Assembly (NCBI RefSeq): GCF_014280175.1
Contig: NZ_CP047931.1
Coordinates: 990,001-1,022,000 of the forward strand
Length of the DNA: 32,000 bases
From: Synechococcus sp. A15-28
GTDB lineage: Bacteria > Cyanobacteriota > Cyanobacteriia > PCC-6307 > Cyanobiaceae
Direction: 5' to 3'
The notes beneath the pieces are model-generated. The model saw only the letters and a list, made by a program, of their open reading frames with translations. It was not told the DNA's origin and searched no databases. Both the position numbers and the translations under genes were made by a program. Position 1 is the first letter of the stretch. The number at the start of each line of letters is the position of its first letter. Below, one piece after another: positions 8,653 to 17,372 of this stretch.

Positions 8653-9870
8653 GTGCCCGTCACGGACCCGTCGTCCGCCTATGACCCGAACGAGCAGCTG
8701 GCACGCCTGGGAAGGTTGTGCCGGCTTCGTTCGATTGCCGTCTATCGCGAACAGGCTCTCTACCTTCAGGTTCTGAGGGATGAGCTTGGCCCTGCTGTCC
8801 GTCAGGCTCTGTTCTCGTTGATGTCGGAGACGGATCCCCTCAGGCTCGATCAGCTCACGGACGGTCAGAGAATTCGCTTCCATGCGGCGAACGACAATCT
8901 GATCAACCGTTGTTCGGTTCTGCTGACGGTGGAACAGCAGATGCATCTGGCTGATCAGATCCAGCAGGAACAGCTGAGGCATCAGGCAAGGGCCAGCCGT
9001 CAGATGCTCCAGGGGCTGCAACAGGTTGCTCAGCAACAGCAGAGTGGGAATGATCCTCAGCAGGTTGATCCTTCACCTGGAGGGTCCGAAGGCTCCGTTG
9101 AGCTGAGCATGGCTCCACCCCTCGATCAACCCCAGCGTTTCGGCATTCATCCGACCCCGTCCTTCCGGCGCAAGAAGTCATCCCAGCACGATCAGCCGCC
9201 TCAGACCCAGCCTCCTCTGAGCCAGGTCCCTGCCGAACCACCACCACAGTCTGAGCCGCAACCCCCACGGGATCCTGGCGACGGCGATGTTCCAGGGGAT
9301 CTCGACGTTCTCAGATCGTTGTTCGAGCTTGCTGGTGAGGCGCTTGAGCAGCCCGGAAGCGCGGGGTCATTGGTTGGATCCTCCAGCGGAGCTCCATCAT
9401 CCGAGGAGCGGAACAACCTGTTACCGACCATGCCGGTGGCGTTGCTGCAGTGGATGGACGCCATGGATCTGGCCCTGGCGCGACGGCTGCGGAACCTCTC
9501 CCATGCCGTGAATGTTCAACTGCTGCGTTCCGGTCTGGCCCAAGCCCTGCTGCCGGTGAATCTGCTGGAGGCCGCCTTGAACGGTCAGATGGAAACGCAG
9601 GCGGCACCCTCCAATCTGCTGAGGCTTCAGTTGCCTCTCGCCATGGGACAGCTGGGCCCAGGGATGGATGTTCTCTGTGTGCTGGTGCGTAGCAGTGAGC
9701 TGGAATTCGACAGCTTCCGACTGCGACGTTGCCGTCGTCGCCTGCGCGACCAGCAACAGGAACTGTTCAAAATGGTTAGGCAGCAGCGCCACTGGGAGCG
9801 TCGCTGTCTGGATCGTGAAGCTCGCAAGCCTTGGCAGATTCCCTCCGATCCCAAGACCCCCGGGGACTGA
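8653..9870 (+). CDS. Hypothetical protein (405 aa), two structured ends joined by a P/Q/S-rich linker
   Basis: GTG-start ORF 6 nt after the tsf stop, co-directional, tightly abutting recG; no family recognised by eye. Confidence 0.8.
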   Translation: MPVTDPSSAYDPNEQLARLGRLCRLRSIAVYREQALYLQVLRDELGPAVRQALFSLMSETDPLRLDQLTDGQRIRFHAANDNLINRCSVLLTVEQQMHLADQIQQEQLRHQARASRQMLQGLQQVAQQQQSGNDPQQVDPSPGGSEGSVELSMAPPLDQPQRFGIHPTPSFRRKKSSQHDQPPQTQPPLSQVPAEPPPQSEPQPPRDPGDGDVPGDLDVLRSLFELAGEALEQPGSAGSLVGSSSGAPSSEERNNLLPTMPVALLQWMDAMDLALARRLRNLSHAVNVQLLRSGLAQALLPVNLLEAALNGQMETQAAPSNLLRLQLPLAMGQLGPGMDVLCVLVRSSELEFDSFRLRRCRRRLRDQQQELFKMVRQQRHWERRCLDREARKPWQIPSDPKTPGD

Positions 9871-12341
9871 ACCGTGAGCAGCTCAGTGTATTGCTGTGTT
9901 GGCTCAAGCCTCTGCAGCAGGCACTTTCGCTTGAGGTTGAAACCGGTTTCAACAATCTCCAGGGCCGGCAGCAACGGTTTGATGGCTTTTTGATTCATCA
10001 GCTGTCTGAACCGCCGGCGCTGCCTTACCCCCCCGGTGTCGAGGATCGCCTGCGGGGCCTGCAGCAAGGCTTTGTTGGTTATGGGGATCTGGCAGAAAGC
10101 GGTCGCCGACGGCTGGTCACGGACACCCGTCAATGGCTGCATGAGTTGCGGCTCCGCCTTGAACCTTCAGCGCCGATGGCACCGCCGCGGCTGCGAGTGG
10201 CATCCTCCAGCACGTCGGCACCACTGCGAGAGCTGGGTCTGGACAGTCCGTTGACGCAGCTGCGTGGCGTGGGCCCGAAGCTGGCAGGTCGACTGGCCGC
10301 CATCGGTCTGCTGCTGGTGCGGGACCTGCTGAAGCATTATCCGCGAGACCACGTCGACTACGCCACCCGCCGTCGGATCGAGGCCCTCGTGGTTGGAGAA
10401 ACCGCCACGATCGTGGCCACCATCCGCCGCTGCAACGGTTTCGTCAGTCCGCGCAATCCGAATCTGGCGATTCTGGAGCTGCAGCTCCAGGACCCCACGG
10501 GTCGGATCAAGGTCACACGGTTTCTGGCGGGTAAGCGGTTCAGTTCGCCGGCTTATCTCAAGGGGCAACAGCGGCTTTATCCCCAAGGGGCGACGGTGGC
10601 CGTCAGTGGTCTGATCAAAGAAGGGCCCTACGGGGTGACGTTCCAGGACCCGTTGATCGAGGTGCTGGAAAGCAGCAATGCCGAGGTGCGGTCCCGCAAC
10701 ATCGGTCGTCTGATGCCGGTTTATGGCCTGACTGAAGGGGTTGCGGCGGATCGCTTCCGGCAACTGATGGATCAAGTGTTGCCCCTGGCACGCACCTGGC
10801 AGGACCCCCTCAGCCAGACCGAATGTCGCCACTGGTCGTTGGTCAGCCTTCCGGAAGCATTCCAGGGACTGCACGCACCGGACGATCCGAGCCAGTTGGA
10901 TCGGGCCCGGCGTCGGCTGGTGTTCGACGAATTCCTGATGCTGCAGCTCGGATTGCTGCGGCGCAGGCGAAGCCTGCGCCAGCGTCCTTCCCCCCAGCTG
11001 GAGTTGATCCGGCGCGGTGATGGGCTGGTGGGGCAATTTATGGCGTCCCTGCCCTTTGCCTTCACGGCTGCCCAGGAGCGGGTTTTCGCCGAAATCGAGG
11101 CTGATCTGCAACGTTCCCAGCCCATGGCTCGCTTGGTGCAGGGGGATGTCGGTTCCGGCAAGACCGTCGTGGCCATTGCGGCGCTGCTGAGCACCATCAG
11201 TTCCGGCTGGCAGGGGGCGTTGATGGCCCCCACAGAGGTCTTGGCTGAGCAGCACCATCGCAACCTCTGCCGCTGGCTTCCTCCACTGCATGTGACGGTG
11301 GAGTTGCTCACCGGGGCAACGCCGCGGAGCAAACGGCGACAACTGCTCGATGACCTGGCCAATGGCTCTTTGAAGGTTCTGGTCGGCACCCATGCCCTGC
11401 TGGAGGATCCCGTGGTGTTTTCCCGCCTGGGACTGGTGGTGGTGGATGAGCAGCACCGCTTCGGAGTGCACCAGCGGGACCGATTGCTCAACAAGGGCCT
11501 GCAGCCCCATCTGCTCACGATGACCGCCACACCGATACCCCGCACCCTGGCGCTGTCTCTCCATGGCGACCTGGACGTCAGTCAGATCGATGAACTGCCG
11601 CCGGGACGGACGCCCATCCGCACCGCCATGCTGACGGCTGCTCAGCGGTCGCAGGCCTATGAGCTGATCCGTGAAGCGGTGGCCCGTGGCCAACGGGCCT
11701 ATGTGGTACTGCCCCTGGTGGAGGAATCCGAGAAACTCGAGCTGCGATCAGCTGTGGAGGTTCACGCGGAACTGGCCTCAGAGGTGTTCCCGGAGCTGAC
11801 GGTCGGTCTGCTGCACGGTCGCTTGAACAGTGCCGATAAGCAGGCCGTGCTGCGGGACTTTGCCGACGGCTGCAGCCAGGTGCTCGTGTCCACCACGGTG
11901 GTGGAAGTGGGCGTAGATGTGCCCGAGGCCAGCGTGATGGTGATCGACCATGCCGAACGTTTCGGATTGGCTCAGCTGCATCAGCTGCGCGGCAGGGTTG
12001 GCCGTGGTGAGGCCGCCTCCCACTGCCTGTTGATCAATGGCAGTTCCAATCCTCTGGCTCGACAGCGTCTGGAGGTGCTGGTGCGTTCCAACGACGGCTT
12101 CGAGATCGCCGAAATGGACCTGCGCCTGCGGGGGCCGGGTCAGGTGCTGGGAACCCGGCAGTCCGGACTTCCCGACCTGGCGTTGGCCAGCCTGGCGGAT
12201 GATGGTGCCGTGCTTGAGGACGCCCGGGCGGCGGCCCAACAGCTGATGGAGCAGGACCCGGATCTGTCCGATCACGTTGCACTTCTCTCGCTGTTGGAGG
12301 AGCAGCAGCGCCGGCTCAGCGGGGCGGCACCTCTGAACTGA
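9831..12341 (+). CDS. recG: ATP-dependent DNA helicase RecG (start uncertain; TTG at 9831 or TTG at 9891)
   Basis: Helicase motifs LVQGDVGSGKTVVA, LMAPTEVLAEQHHRNL, VVVDEQHRFGVHQR, MTATPIPRTLALSLHGDLDVSQIDELPPGRTPI, GRVGRGEAASHCLL. Confidence 0.96.
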   Translation: MADSLRSQDPRGLNREQLSVLLCWLKPLQQALSLEVETGFNNLQGRQQRFDGFLIHQLSEPPALPYPPGVEDRLRGLQQGFVGYGDLAESGRRRLVTDTRQWLHELRLRLEPSAPMAPPRLRVASSSTSAPLRELGLDSPLTQLRGVGPKLAGRLAAIGLLLVRDLLKHYPRDHVDYATRRRIEALVVGETATIVATIRRCNGFVSPRNPNLAILELQLQDPTGRIKVTRFLAGKRFSSPAYLKGQQRLYPQGATVAVSGLIKEGPYGVTFQDPLIEVLESSNAEVRSRNIGRLMPVYGLTEGVAADRFRQLMDQVLPLARTWQDPLSQTECRHWSLVSLPEAFQGLHAPDDPSQLDRARRRLVFDEFLMLQLGLLRRRRSLRQRPSPQLELIRRGDGLVGQFMASLPFAFTAAQERVFAEIEADLQRSQPMARLVQGDVGSGKTVVAIAALLSTISSGWQGALMAPTEVLAEQHHRNLCRWLPPLHVTVELLTGATPRSKRRQLLDDLANGSLKVLVGTHALLEDPVVFSRLGLVVVDEQHRFGVHQRDRLLNKGLQPHLLTMTATPIPRTLALSLHGDLDVSQIDELPPGRTPIRTAMLTAAQRSQAYELIREAVARGQRAYVVLPLVEESEKLELRSAVEVHAELASEVFPELTVGLLHGRLNSADKQAVLRDFADGCSQVLVSTTVVEVGVDVPEASVMVIDHAERFGLAQLHQLRGRVGRGEAASHCLLINGSSNPLARQRLEVLVRSNDGFEIAEMDLRLRGPGQVLGTRQSGLPDLALASLADDGAVLEDARAAAQQLMEQDPDLSDHVALLSLLEEQQRRLSGAAPLN

Positions 12342-12352
12342 ACCCCTAGACC

Positions 12353-13081
12353 ATGTCTGCTGCCAGCCAACCCATGCGTCCCTGGAGTGATCGTCCCATC
12401 CACGAGAACGGAGACGCTCTTGTGGCGTTGCCGCCGGCCTTGTTGCGGCTGGAGCCACACCCCTATGTCGAGGCCGGCGCCCCCTACGGACCGAACGCCG
12501 ATCCGTTTCAACTGCGATCCGGGGTGGTGCAGCGTCTTCTGGCAGCGCAGGAGGAGCTTCAGGCCCGTCAGCCGCAGCTGCGGCTGGCCATTTTTGATGC
12601 CTGGAGGCCTCTGGCGGTGCAGGCCTACATGGTGGAGCAGGCGGTTGCAGCTGAAATCAACCGACGCGGTATCGATCGGGCTGATGCCCAGCAACTAGCC
12701 GCTGTGCGGAACGCGGTCGGACGCTTCTGGGCGCCACCGAGCCCTGATCCCTCAACACCGCCTCCCCACAGCACTGGGGCAGCGGTGGATCTCACCCTGG
12801 CCAGCCAGCGGGATGGAATCACCCTGCCCATGGGGGGAGCCATTGATGCCGTGGATGTGATCTCAGAGCCAGACCACTACGCGGGCGCGGCCCCGAACAC
12901 TGAAGCAGCAACGTGGCATCAACGCCGGCAACTTCTTGCTTCGGTGATGGAAGCCGCCGGTTTTGCCCAGCACCCGAATGAGTGGTGGCATTTCAGCCAT
13001 GGAGATCAGCTGTGGGCCTGGAGAACCGGAGCCACCAAGGCGATCTATGCAGCGGCACCCAGCAGCTCACTCACCGCCTGA
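12353..13081 (+). CDS. D-alanyl-D-alanine dipeptidase, VanX/DdpX-like (M15 family)
   Basis: 242 aa with IFDAWRPLAVQ, STGAAVDLTL and EWWHFSHGDQLWAW, matching the M15 SxHxxGxAxD-like and ExxWH-type motifs. Confidence 0.87.
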   Translation: MSAASQPMRPWSDRPIHENGDALVALPPALLRLEPHPYVEAGAPYGPNADPFQLRSGVVQRLLAAQEELQARQPQLRLAIFDAWRPLAVQAYMVEQAVAAEINRRGIDRADAQQLAAVRNAVGRFWAPPSPDPSTPPPHSTGAAVDLTLASQRDGITLPMGGAIDAVDVISEPDHYAGAAPNTEAATWHQRRQLLASVMEAAGFAQHPNEWWHFSHGDQLWAWRTGATKAIYAAAPSSSLTA

Positions 13082-14802
13082 TCGCCGAGTTTCTCCACAT
13101 GGTCGCCGAAGCTGCGGCGACCGCCAGCCTGTTTCCAGCTGATCAGAAGCGGTTCGATGGTTTGTTCCAGCTCATCCAGCGGCATGCGTTGCAGGAAGGG
13201 CTGGGCCAGGCGCTGCAGGTTGGCGCTGCCGCCCAGCCACAGCTGGTACTGGTTCACGCCGCTGCCCACCAGGGCCAGCTCAGCCATGTAGGGCCGTGCA
13301 CAACCATTGGGGCACCCGGTCATTCGGATCAACATCGACTTGTCGATCTCGAGACGACGTAGTTGAGCATCCAGGCGATCCAGCACGCTTGGCAGGATCC
13401 GTTCCGATTCCGTGATCGCCAGACCGCAGGTCGGCAACGCCGGGCAGGCAATGGCGTGCCGGGCGAGAGGAGCGGGTGCATCGGGCAGTTCGAAGCCAAG
13501 GGCCGCTAGCTCAGCTTTGATCGTGGCCCGCTGGGCAGTCCCGATGTTGCACAGCAGCAGATCCTGGTTGGCCGTCAGGCGGATTTCCAGTTGATAGGTG
13601 TCGACGATGGCGCGCAGACCCTGCTTCATCTCACCCTTCAGCCGGCCGCAGAGAAGCGGCAGACCGACAAACCACAGACCTGCCTTCTGACGGTGCCAGC
13701 CCAGGTAGTCGAGCAGCTTGGGTTTGGGTTCGTTGCGGAGACCCTTGAGCGGTCTGGAGAAGTAGTTGGTTTTCAGCTCATTGCGGAACCAAGCGATGCC
13801 GCGATCCTCCAGCAGGTATTTCATCCGGGCGTGGCGACGAATCCGGCGGTCACCGTGATCCCGCTGCAGCGCCACGATCGCCTGGAGCAGATCAAAAACG
13901 TCTGCAGCATCCACGTAACCGAGGGGATCGGCGATGCGGGCAAAGGTCTCTTCCTTGTTATGGGTGCGGCCCATGCCACCACCCACGTACACGTTGCAGC
14001 CCCTCAGATCACCGGAAGGATCGGTGAAAGCCACGAGGCCGATGTCCTGGGTCAGTAGATCCACCGAGTTGTCACCGGGCACGGTGACGGCGACCTTGAA
14101 TTTTCTGGGGAGGTAGGTGTCGCCATAGAGCGGCTCCGCCTCACTGCCGGAGAACACACCTGGCTCCAACTGGCGTTTGCGAGCGCGGCGAACGGCCGCT
14201 GGCGGGCTGAAGCGATAGCTGAGATCGCCGTCCACCCAGAGGTCGAGGTAGGAGCCTTCGGCAGCTTCAGGACTCAACAGATCGGCGATCTCGTCGGCCA
14301 GCCGCCGTGCTGCCGGGTAGCCGCCTTTTTCGAATGGAGCGGCAGGAGCCATCACATTGCGGTTGATGTCACCACAGGCCGCCAGGGTGGAACCCAGGTT
14401 GCGCACGATAGTGCCGATTACTTCTTTCAAATCGGCCTTGGGGATGCCATGCATCTGGAAGGCCTGCCGGGTTGTGGCCCGCAGGGTGCCGTCCCCCAGC
14501 CGATCGGAGAGGTCATCCAGGGCGAGAAACAACCGTGCGGGGATGCGACCACCGGGGCTGCGCAGGCGCAGCATCATCTGCCAGGTCTTGTCCTTCCCCT
14601 TCTCGCGTTTGTCGCGATCGTCCTGCTGGTAACTGCCGTGGAACTTGAGGATCTGCAGGGCGTCTTCGCTGAAATTGGGCAGTTCATTCCCAAGTTCGCT
14701 CAGCAGCGGCTCCCGCAGGTGGTCGCTGTCCAGCTTCCGTTGTTCCGCTTTTGGGAGACTGATTTCGGTCTCCTGTTGTTCAACTGCAGCCCCGTCGCTC
14801 AC
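13045..14802 (-). CDS. sir: Ferredoxin-dependent sulfite reductase (start proposed at GTG 14802; the track ORF extends to 14907)
   Basis: Nitrite/sulfite reductase translation FHGSYQQDDRDKREKGKDKTWQMMLRLRSPGGRIP...TTRQAFQMHG...TGCPNGCARPYMAELALVG. A GTG start at 14802 removes the overlap with divergent glyS. Confidence 0.9.
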   Translation of the reverse strand: MSDGAAVEQQETEISLPKAEQRKLDSDHLREPLLSELGNELPNFSEDALQILKFHGSYQQDDRDKREKGKDKTWQMMLRLRSPGGRIPARLFLALDDLSDRLGDGTLRATTRQAFQMHGIPKADLKEVIGTIVRNLGSTLAACGDINRNVMAPAAPFEKGGYPAARRLADEIADLLSPEAAEGSYLDLWVDGDLSYRFSPPAAVRRARKRQLEPGVFSGSEAEPLYGDTYLPRKFKVAVTVPGDNSVDLLTQDIGLVAFTDPSGDLRGCNVYVGGGMGRTHNKEETFARIADPLGYVDAADVFDLLQAIVALQRDHGDRRIRRHARMKYLLEDRGIAWFRNELKTNYFSRPLKGLRNEPKPKLLDYLGWHRQKAGLWFVGLPLLCGRLKGEMKQGLRAIVDTYQLEIRLTANQDLLLCNIGTAQRATIKAELAALGFELPDAPAPLARHAIACPALPTCGLAITESERILPSVLDRLDAQLRRLEIDKSMLIRMTGCPNGCARPYMAELALVGSGVNQYQLWLGGSANLQRLAQPFLQRMPLDELEQTIEPLLISWKQAGGRRSFGDHVEKLGDQAVSELLGAAA

Positions 14803-14875
14803 GCGCTTCCGGTGTTGATGAATTGAAGGTAGCGAAACGGCTTCCAATACAGTCGCCACCCGCAGTGTTGACGGC

Positions 14876-17038
14876 GTGACTTCAACCTTTCTTCTTGAGA
14901 TCGGCACAGAGGAATTACCAGCCGATTTCGTCCGTCAGGCCCTTGACCAGCTGCATGAGCGGGTGGGCCGCGATCTGCGGGACAGCCGTCTTGACCACGG
15001 CGATGTTCAGGTCAACGGCACACCACGTCGGCTTGTGGTCCGCGTGGACGGATTGGCGGACCGTCAACCTGATCTGGACGAGGAACGCAAGGGGCCTCCT
15101 GTCGCCCAGGCCTTCAAGGATGGAGTTCCCGGCCCAGCGGCGATCGGCTTCGCCAAACGCTGCGGTGTGGATCCGTCACAGCTTGAAGTGCGCGAGACGC
15201 CGAAAGGGGATTGCGTGTTCGCCAGCGTGCGGACCGCGGGGCAGGACAGCGTTGACCTGCTTCAGGATCTGATCCCCTCCTGGATCAACGGTCTTCAGGG
15301 CCGACGCTTCATGCGCTGGGGAACCGGAAGCCAGCGTTTCAGTCGACCGATTCGCTGGCTGCTGGCCTTGAAGGGGAAGGATCTGATTCCGGTGGAACTG
15401 CCGGGTGCTGATCCACCGGTGTGCAGTGATCGTTTCAGCCGCGGCCACCGCCTGCACGGCGATCAACCTGTTCCGATCGACAGCGCTGAGGACTACAGCA
15501 ACGCCCTCACATCCGCTGGCGTCATCGTTGAACGCAAGGAACGGGCTGAGCTGATCCGTTCGCAGCTCAAGGCCTCAGCGGATCAGCTCAACGGAGCGCC
15601 GGATTGTCCTGAGTCGCTCTTTGAAGAGTTGGTGGATCTCGTTGAATCGCCGCGGCTGCTGCAGGGCGCCATCGCCGATCGGTTTCTGGCGCTGCCGCCG
15701 GAAGTGATCATCACCGTGATGCAGGCGCACCAGCGCTACGTGCCGCTGAAGGTTCCTGAGGTGACTCCGGATCCTTTGCAACTGGCGGCCACTGGCGTGC
15801 TCCAACGGGAGTTCCTGCTAGTGGGCAATGGCCTTGAGCAGGCGGATGCATTGATCACCAGGGGCAATGAACGGGTTCTGGCGGCTCGTCTGGCGGATGC
15901 GGAGTTCTTCCTGGCCGTGGACCGGCGTCAGCCCAGCAGCAGCCGTCGCGATGCTCTTGAACGCGTCACCTTCGCTGAGGGGCTGGGAAGCCTGCTGGAC
16001 CGTTGCCGCCGGATCGAGCGCATCGCGAATCAGCTGGTGAACCAGCTCAGCCTGGATCCGTCCCAAGGTGAGGCCGCCATCCGGGCCGCCCACTTCTGCA
16101 AGCACGATCTCGTCAGCCAAATGGTTGGCGAGTTTCCTGAGCTGCAGGGACTCATGGGTGGCAAATATTTGCTGGAGCAGGGGGAAACACGGCAGGTCGC
16201 CCTGGCGGTGGTGGAGCACTACCTGCCCCGGGGCGCCGGAGATCAGCTCCCCAGCAGCGATGCCGGTGCCGTGGTGGCCTTAGCGGAACGGCTGGAGTTG
16301 TTGCTGAGCATCTTCGCCAAGGGTGAACGACCCAGCGGGTCTTCGGACCCCTATGCCCTGCGGCGTGCTGGCAACGGCCTGTTGCAGATTCTCTGGGATC
16401 GCGGCTGGAGGCTTGATCTGAGCGGTTTCCTCCGTTCCGCGGTGGAGGACTGGGTTGGCCTGTTCCCGGAGTTCGCCATCGATGCCCCATCACTGCATCA
16501 GGATCTATGCCTGCTGCTGCGTCAGCGGATTGTCTCCCAGCTGGAGGACGAGGGTTTCGCCCCCGATCTTGTGCAGGCCGTTGCCGGAGAGTCGGTGGCG
16601 ATGGAGCGCTTGCTGGCGGACCCCATGGATGTGCGCGAGCGCCTCGATCTGTTGAATTCCCTGCGCCAGTCGGAGGCGTTGCCGGCACTGATGGCGGTGG
16701 TTCAGCGGGCTGCGCGCTTGGCAGAGAAGGGTGATCTCGCAGAGAGCGATCTCTCGGTGTCAGCTGTGGTGACTCCGGAGCTCTTTGAGTCTCCAAGTGA
16801 ATCAGCGATGTACGACATCCTCGGCCGGCTTGAACCTCTGGCGTCGGAACGCCGCTACAGCGATCTTGCGGAAGCCCTGGTGAAGGCCACCCCGGTGCTG
16901 GAAGCCTTCTTTGATGGCGACGACAGCGTGATGGTGATGGCGGACGACGCTCAGTTGCGCCGCAACAGGCTCAATCTTCTCGGGGTGTTGCGCAATCAGG
17001 CCGCTGTCCTGGCCAGGTTCGATCTGATCCAGATCTGA
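14876..17038 (+). CDS. glyS: Glycyl-tRNA synthetase beta subunit
   Basis: MTSTFLLEIGTEELPADFVRQALDQL...GTPRRLVVRVDGLADRQPD...KGPPVAQAF...GFAKRCGV. Confidence 0.97.
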   Translation: MTSTFLLEIGTEELPADFVRQALDQLHERVGRDLRDSRLDHGDVQVNGTPRRLVVRVDGLADRQPDLDEERKGPPVAQAFKDGVPGPAAIGFAKRCGVDPSQLEVRETPKGDCVFASVRTAGQDSVDLLQDLIPSWINGLQGRRFMRWGTGSQRFSRPIRWLLALKGKDLIPVELPGADPPVCSDRFSRGHRLHGDQPVPIDSAEDYSNALTSAGVIVERKERAELIRSQLKASADQLNGAPDCPESLFEELVDLVESPRLLQGAIADRFLALPPEVIITVMQAHQRYVPLKVPEVTPDPLQLAATGVLQREFLLVGNGLEQADALITRGNERVLAARLADAEFFLAVDRRQPSSSRRDALERVTFAEGLGSLLDRCRRIERIANQLVNQLSLDPSQGEAAIRAAHFCKHDLVSQMVGEFPELQGLMGGKYLLEQGETRQVALAVVEHYLPRGAGDQLPSSDAGAVVALAERLELLLSIFAKGERPSGSSDPYALRRAGNGLLQILWDRGWRLDLSGFLRSAVEDWVGLFPEFAIDAPSLHQDLCLLLRQRIVSQLEDEGFAPDLVQAVAGESVAMERLLADPMDVRERLDLLNSLRQSEALPALMAVVQRAARLAEKGDLAESDLSVSAVVTPELFESPSESAMYDILGRLEPLASERRYSDLAEALVKATPVLEAFFDGDDSVMVMADDAQLRRNRLNLLGVLRNQAAVLARFDLIQI

Positions 17039-17097
17039 CATTTTCCTGGTCAGCCTGATGGTGCAGAGCTATGGATTGTTCGTGACGAACCATCCCC

Positions 17098-17334
17098 ATG
17101 CCTGAGGAGACCAACACCACTGAGCAGCAGAGTTCCCAACCCCCGGTTGTGATCAAGCAGGGCGGCAACGGCCTCGGAACCATCGTTGCTGCGCTGATCA
17201 TCGCGGCTGCAGCGATCTATGCGATCAACGTCTGGTCCACCACCCGTAAGGAAACGGCCCCTGGCCGCAACCTGGAGAAGGGCATCGAGCGAATCAAGGA
17301 CGCTGCCAGCAAGGCAGCTGATCAGCGTCAGTGA
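17098..17334 (+). CDS. Small hypothetical membrane protein (78 aa)
   Basis: MPEETNTTEQQSSQPPVVIKQGGNGLGTIVAALIIAAAAIYAINVWSTTRKE..., one predicted transmembrane segment. Confidence 0.75.
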   Translation: MPEETNTTEQQSSQPPVVIKQGGNGLGTIVAALIIAAAAIYAINVWSTTRKETAPGRNLEKGIERIKDAASKAADQRQ

Positions 17335-17346
17335 TTGACTCAGTGC

Positions 17347-17372
17347 AAGCCACCATCAGCTGATGGTGGCTT
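17347..17372. terminator. Perfect palindrome between convergent genes, candidate bidirectional terminator overlapping the chlP stop
   Basis: AAGCCACCATCAG/CTGATGGTGGCTT, 13-nt arms with no spacer; flanking T-tracts are weak in both directions. Confidence 0.55.

Noticed and set aside
10167-11693. 508-aa minus-strand ORF
   Set aside because: Lies entirely antisense to recG, whose helicase motifs are unambiguous. The translation is rich in Q/H/R/G without recognisable domains, a typical shadow ORF in high-GC DNA.
12353-13081. VanX-like gene as a sign of vancomycin resistance
   Set aside because: No accompanying ligase, dehydrogenase or two-component genes; VanX/DdpX homologs commonly serve in D-Ala-D-Ala recycling.
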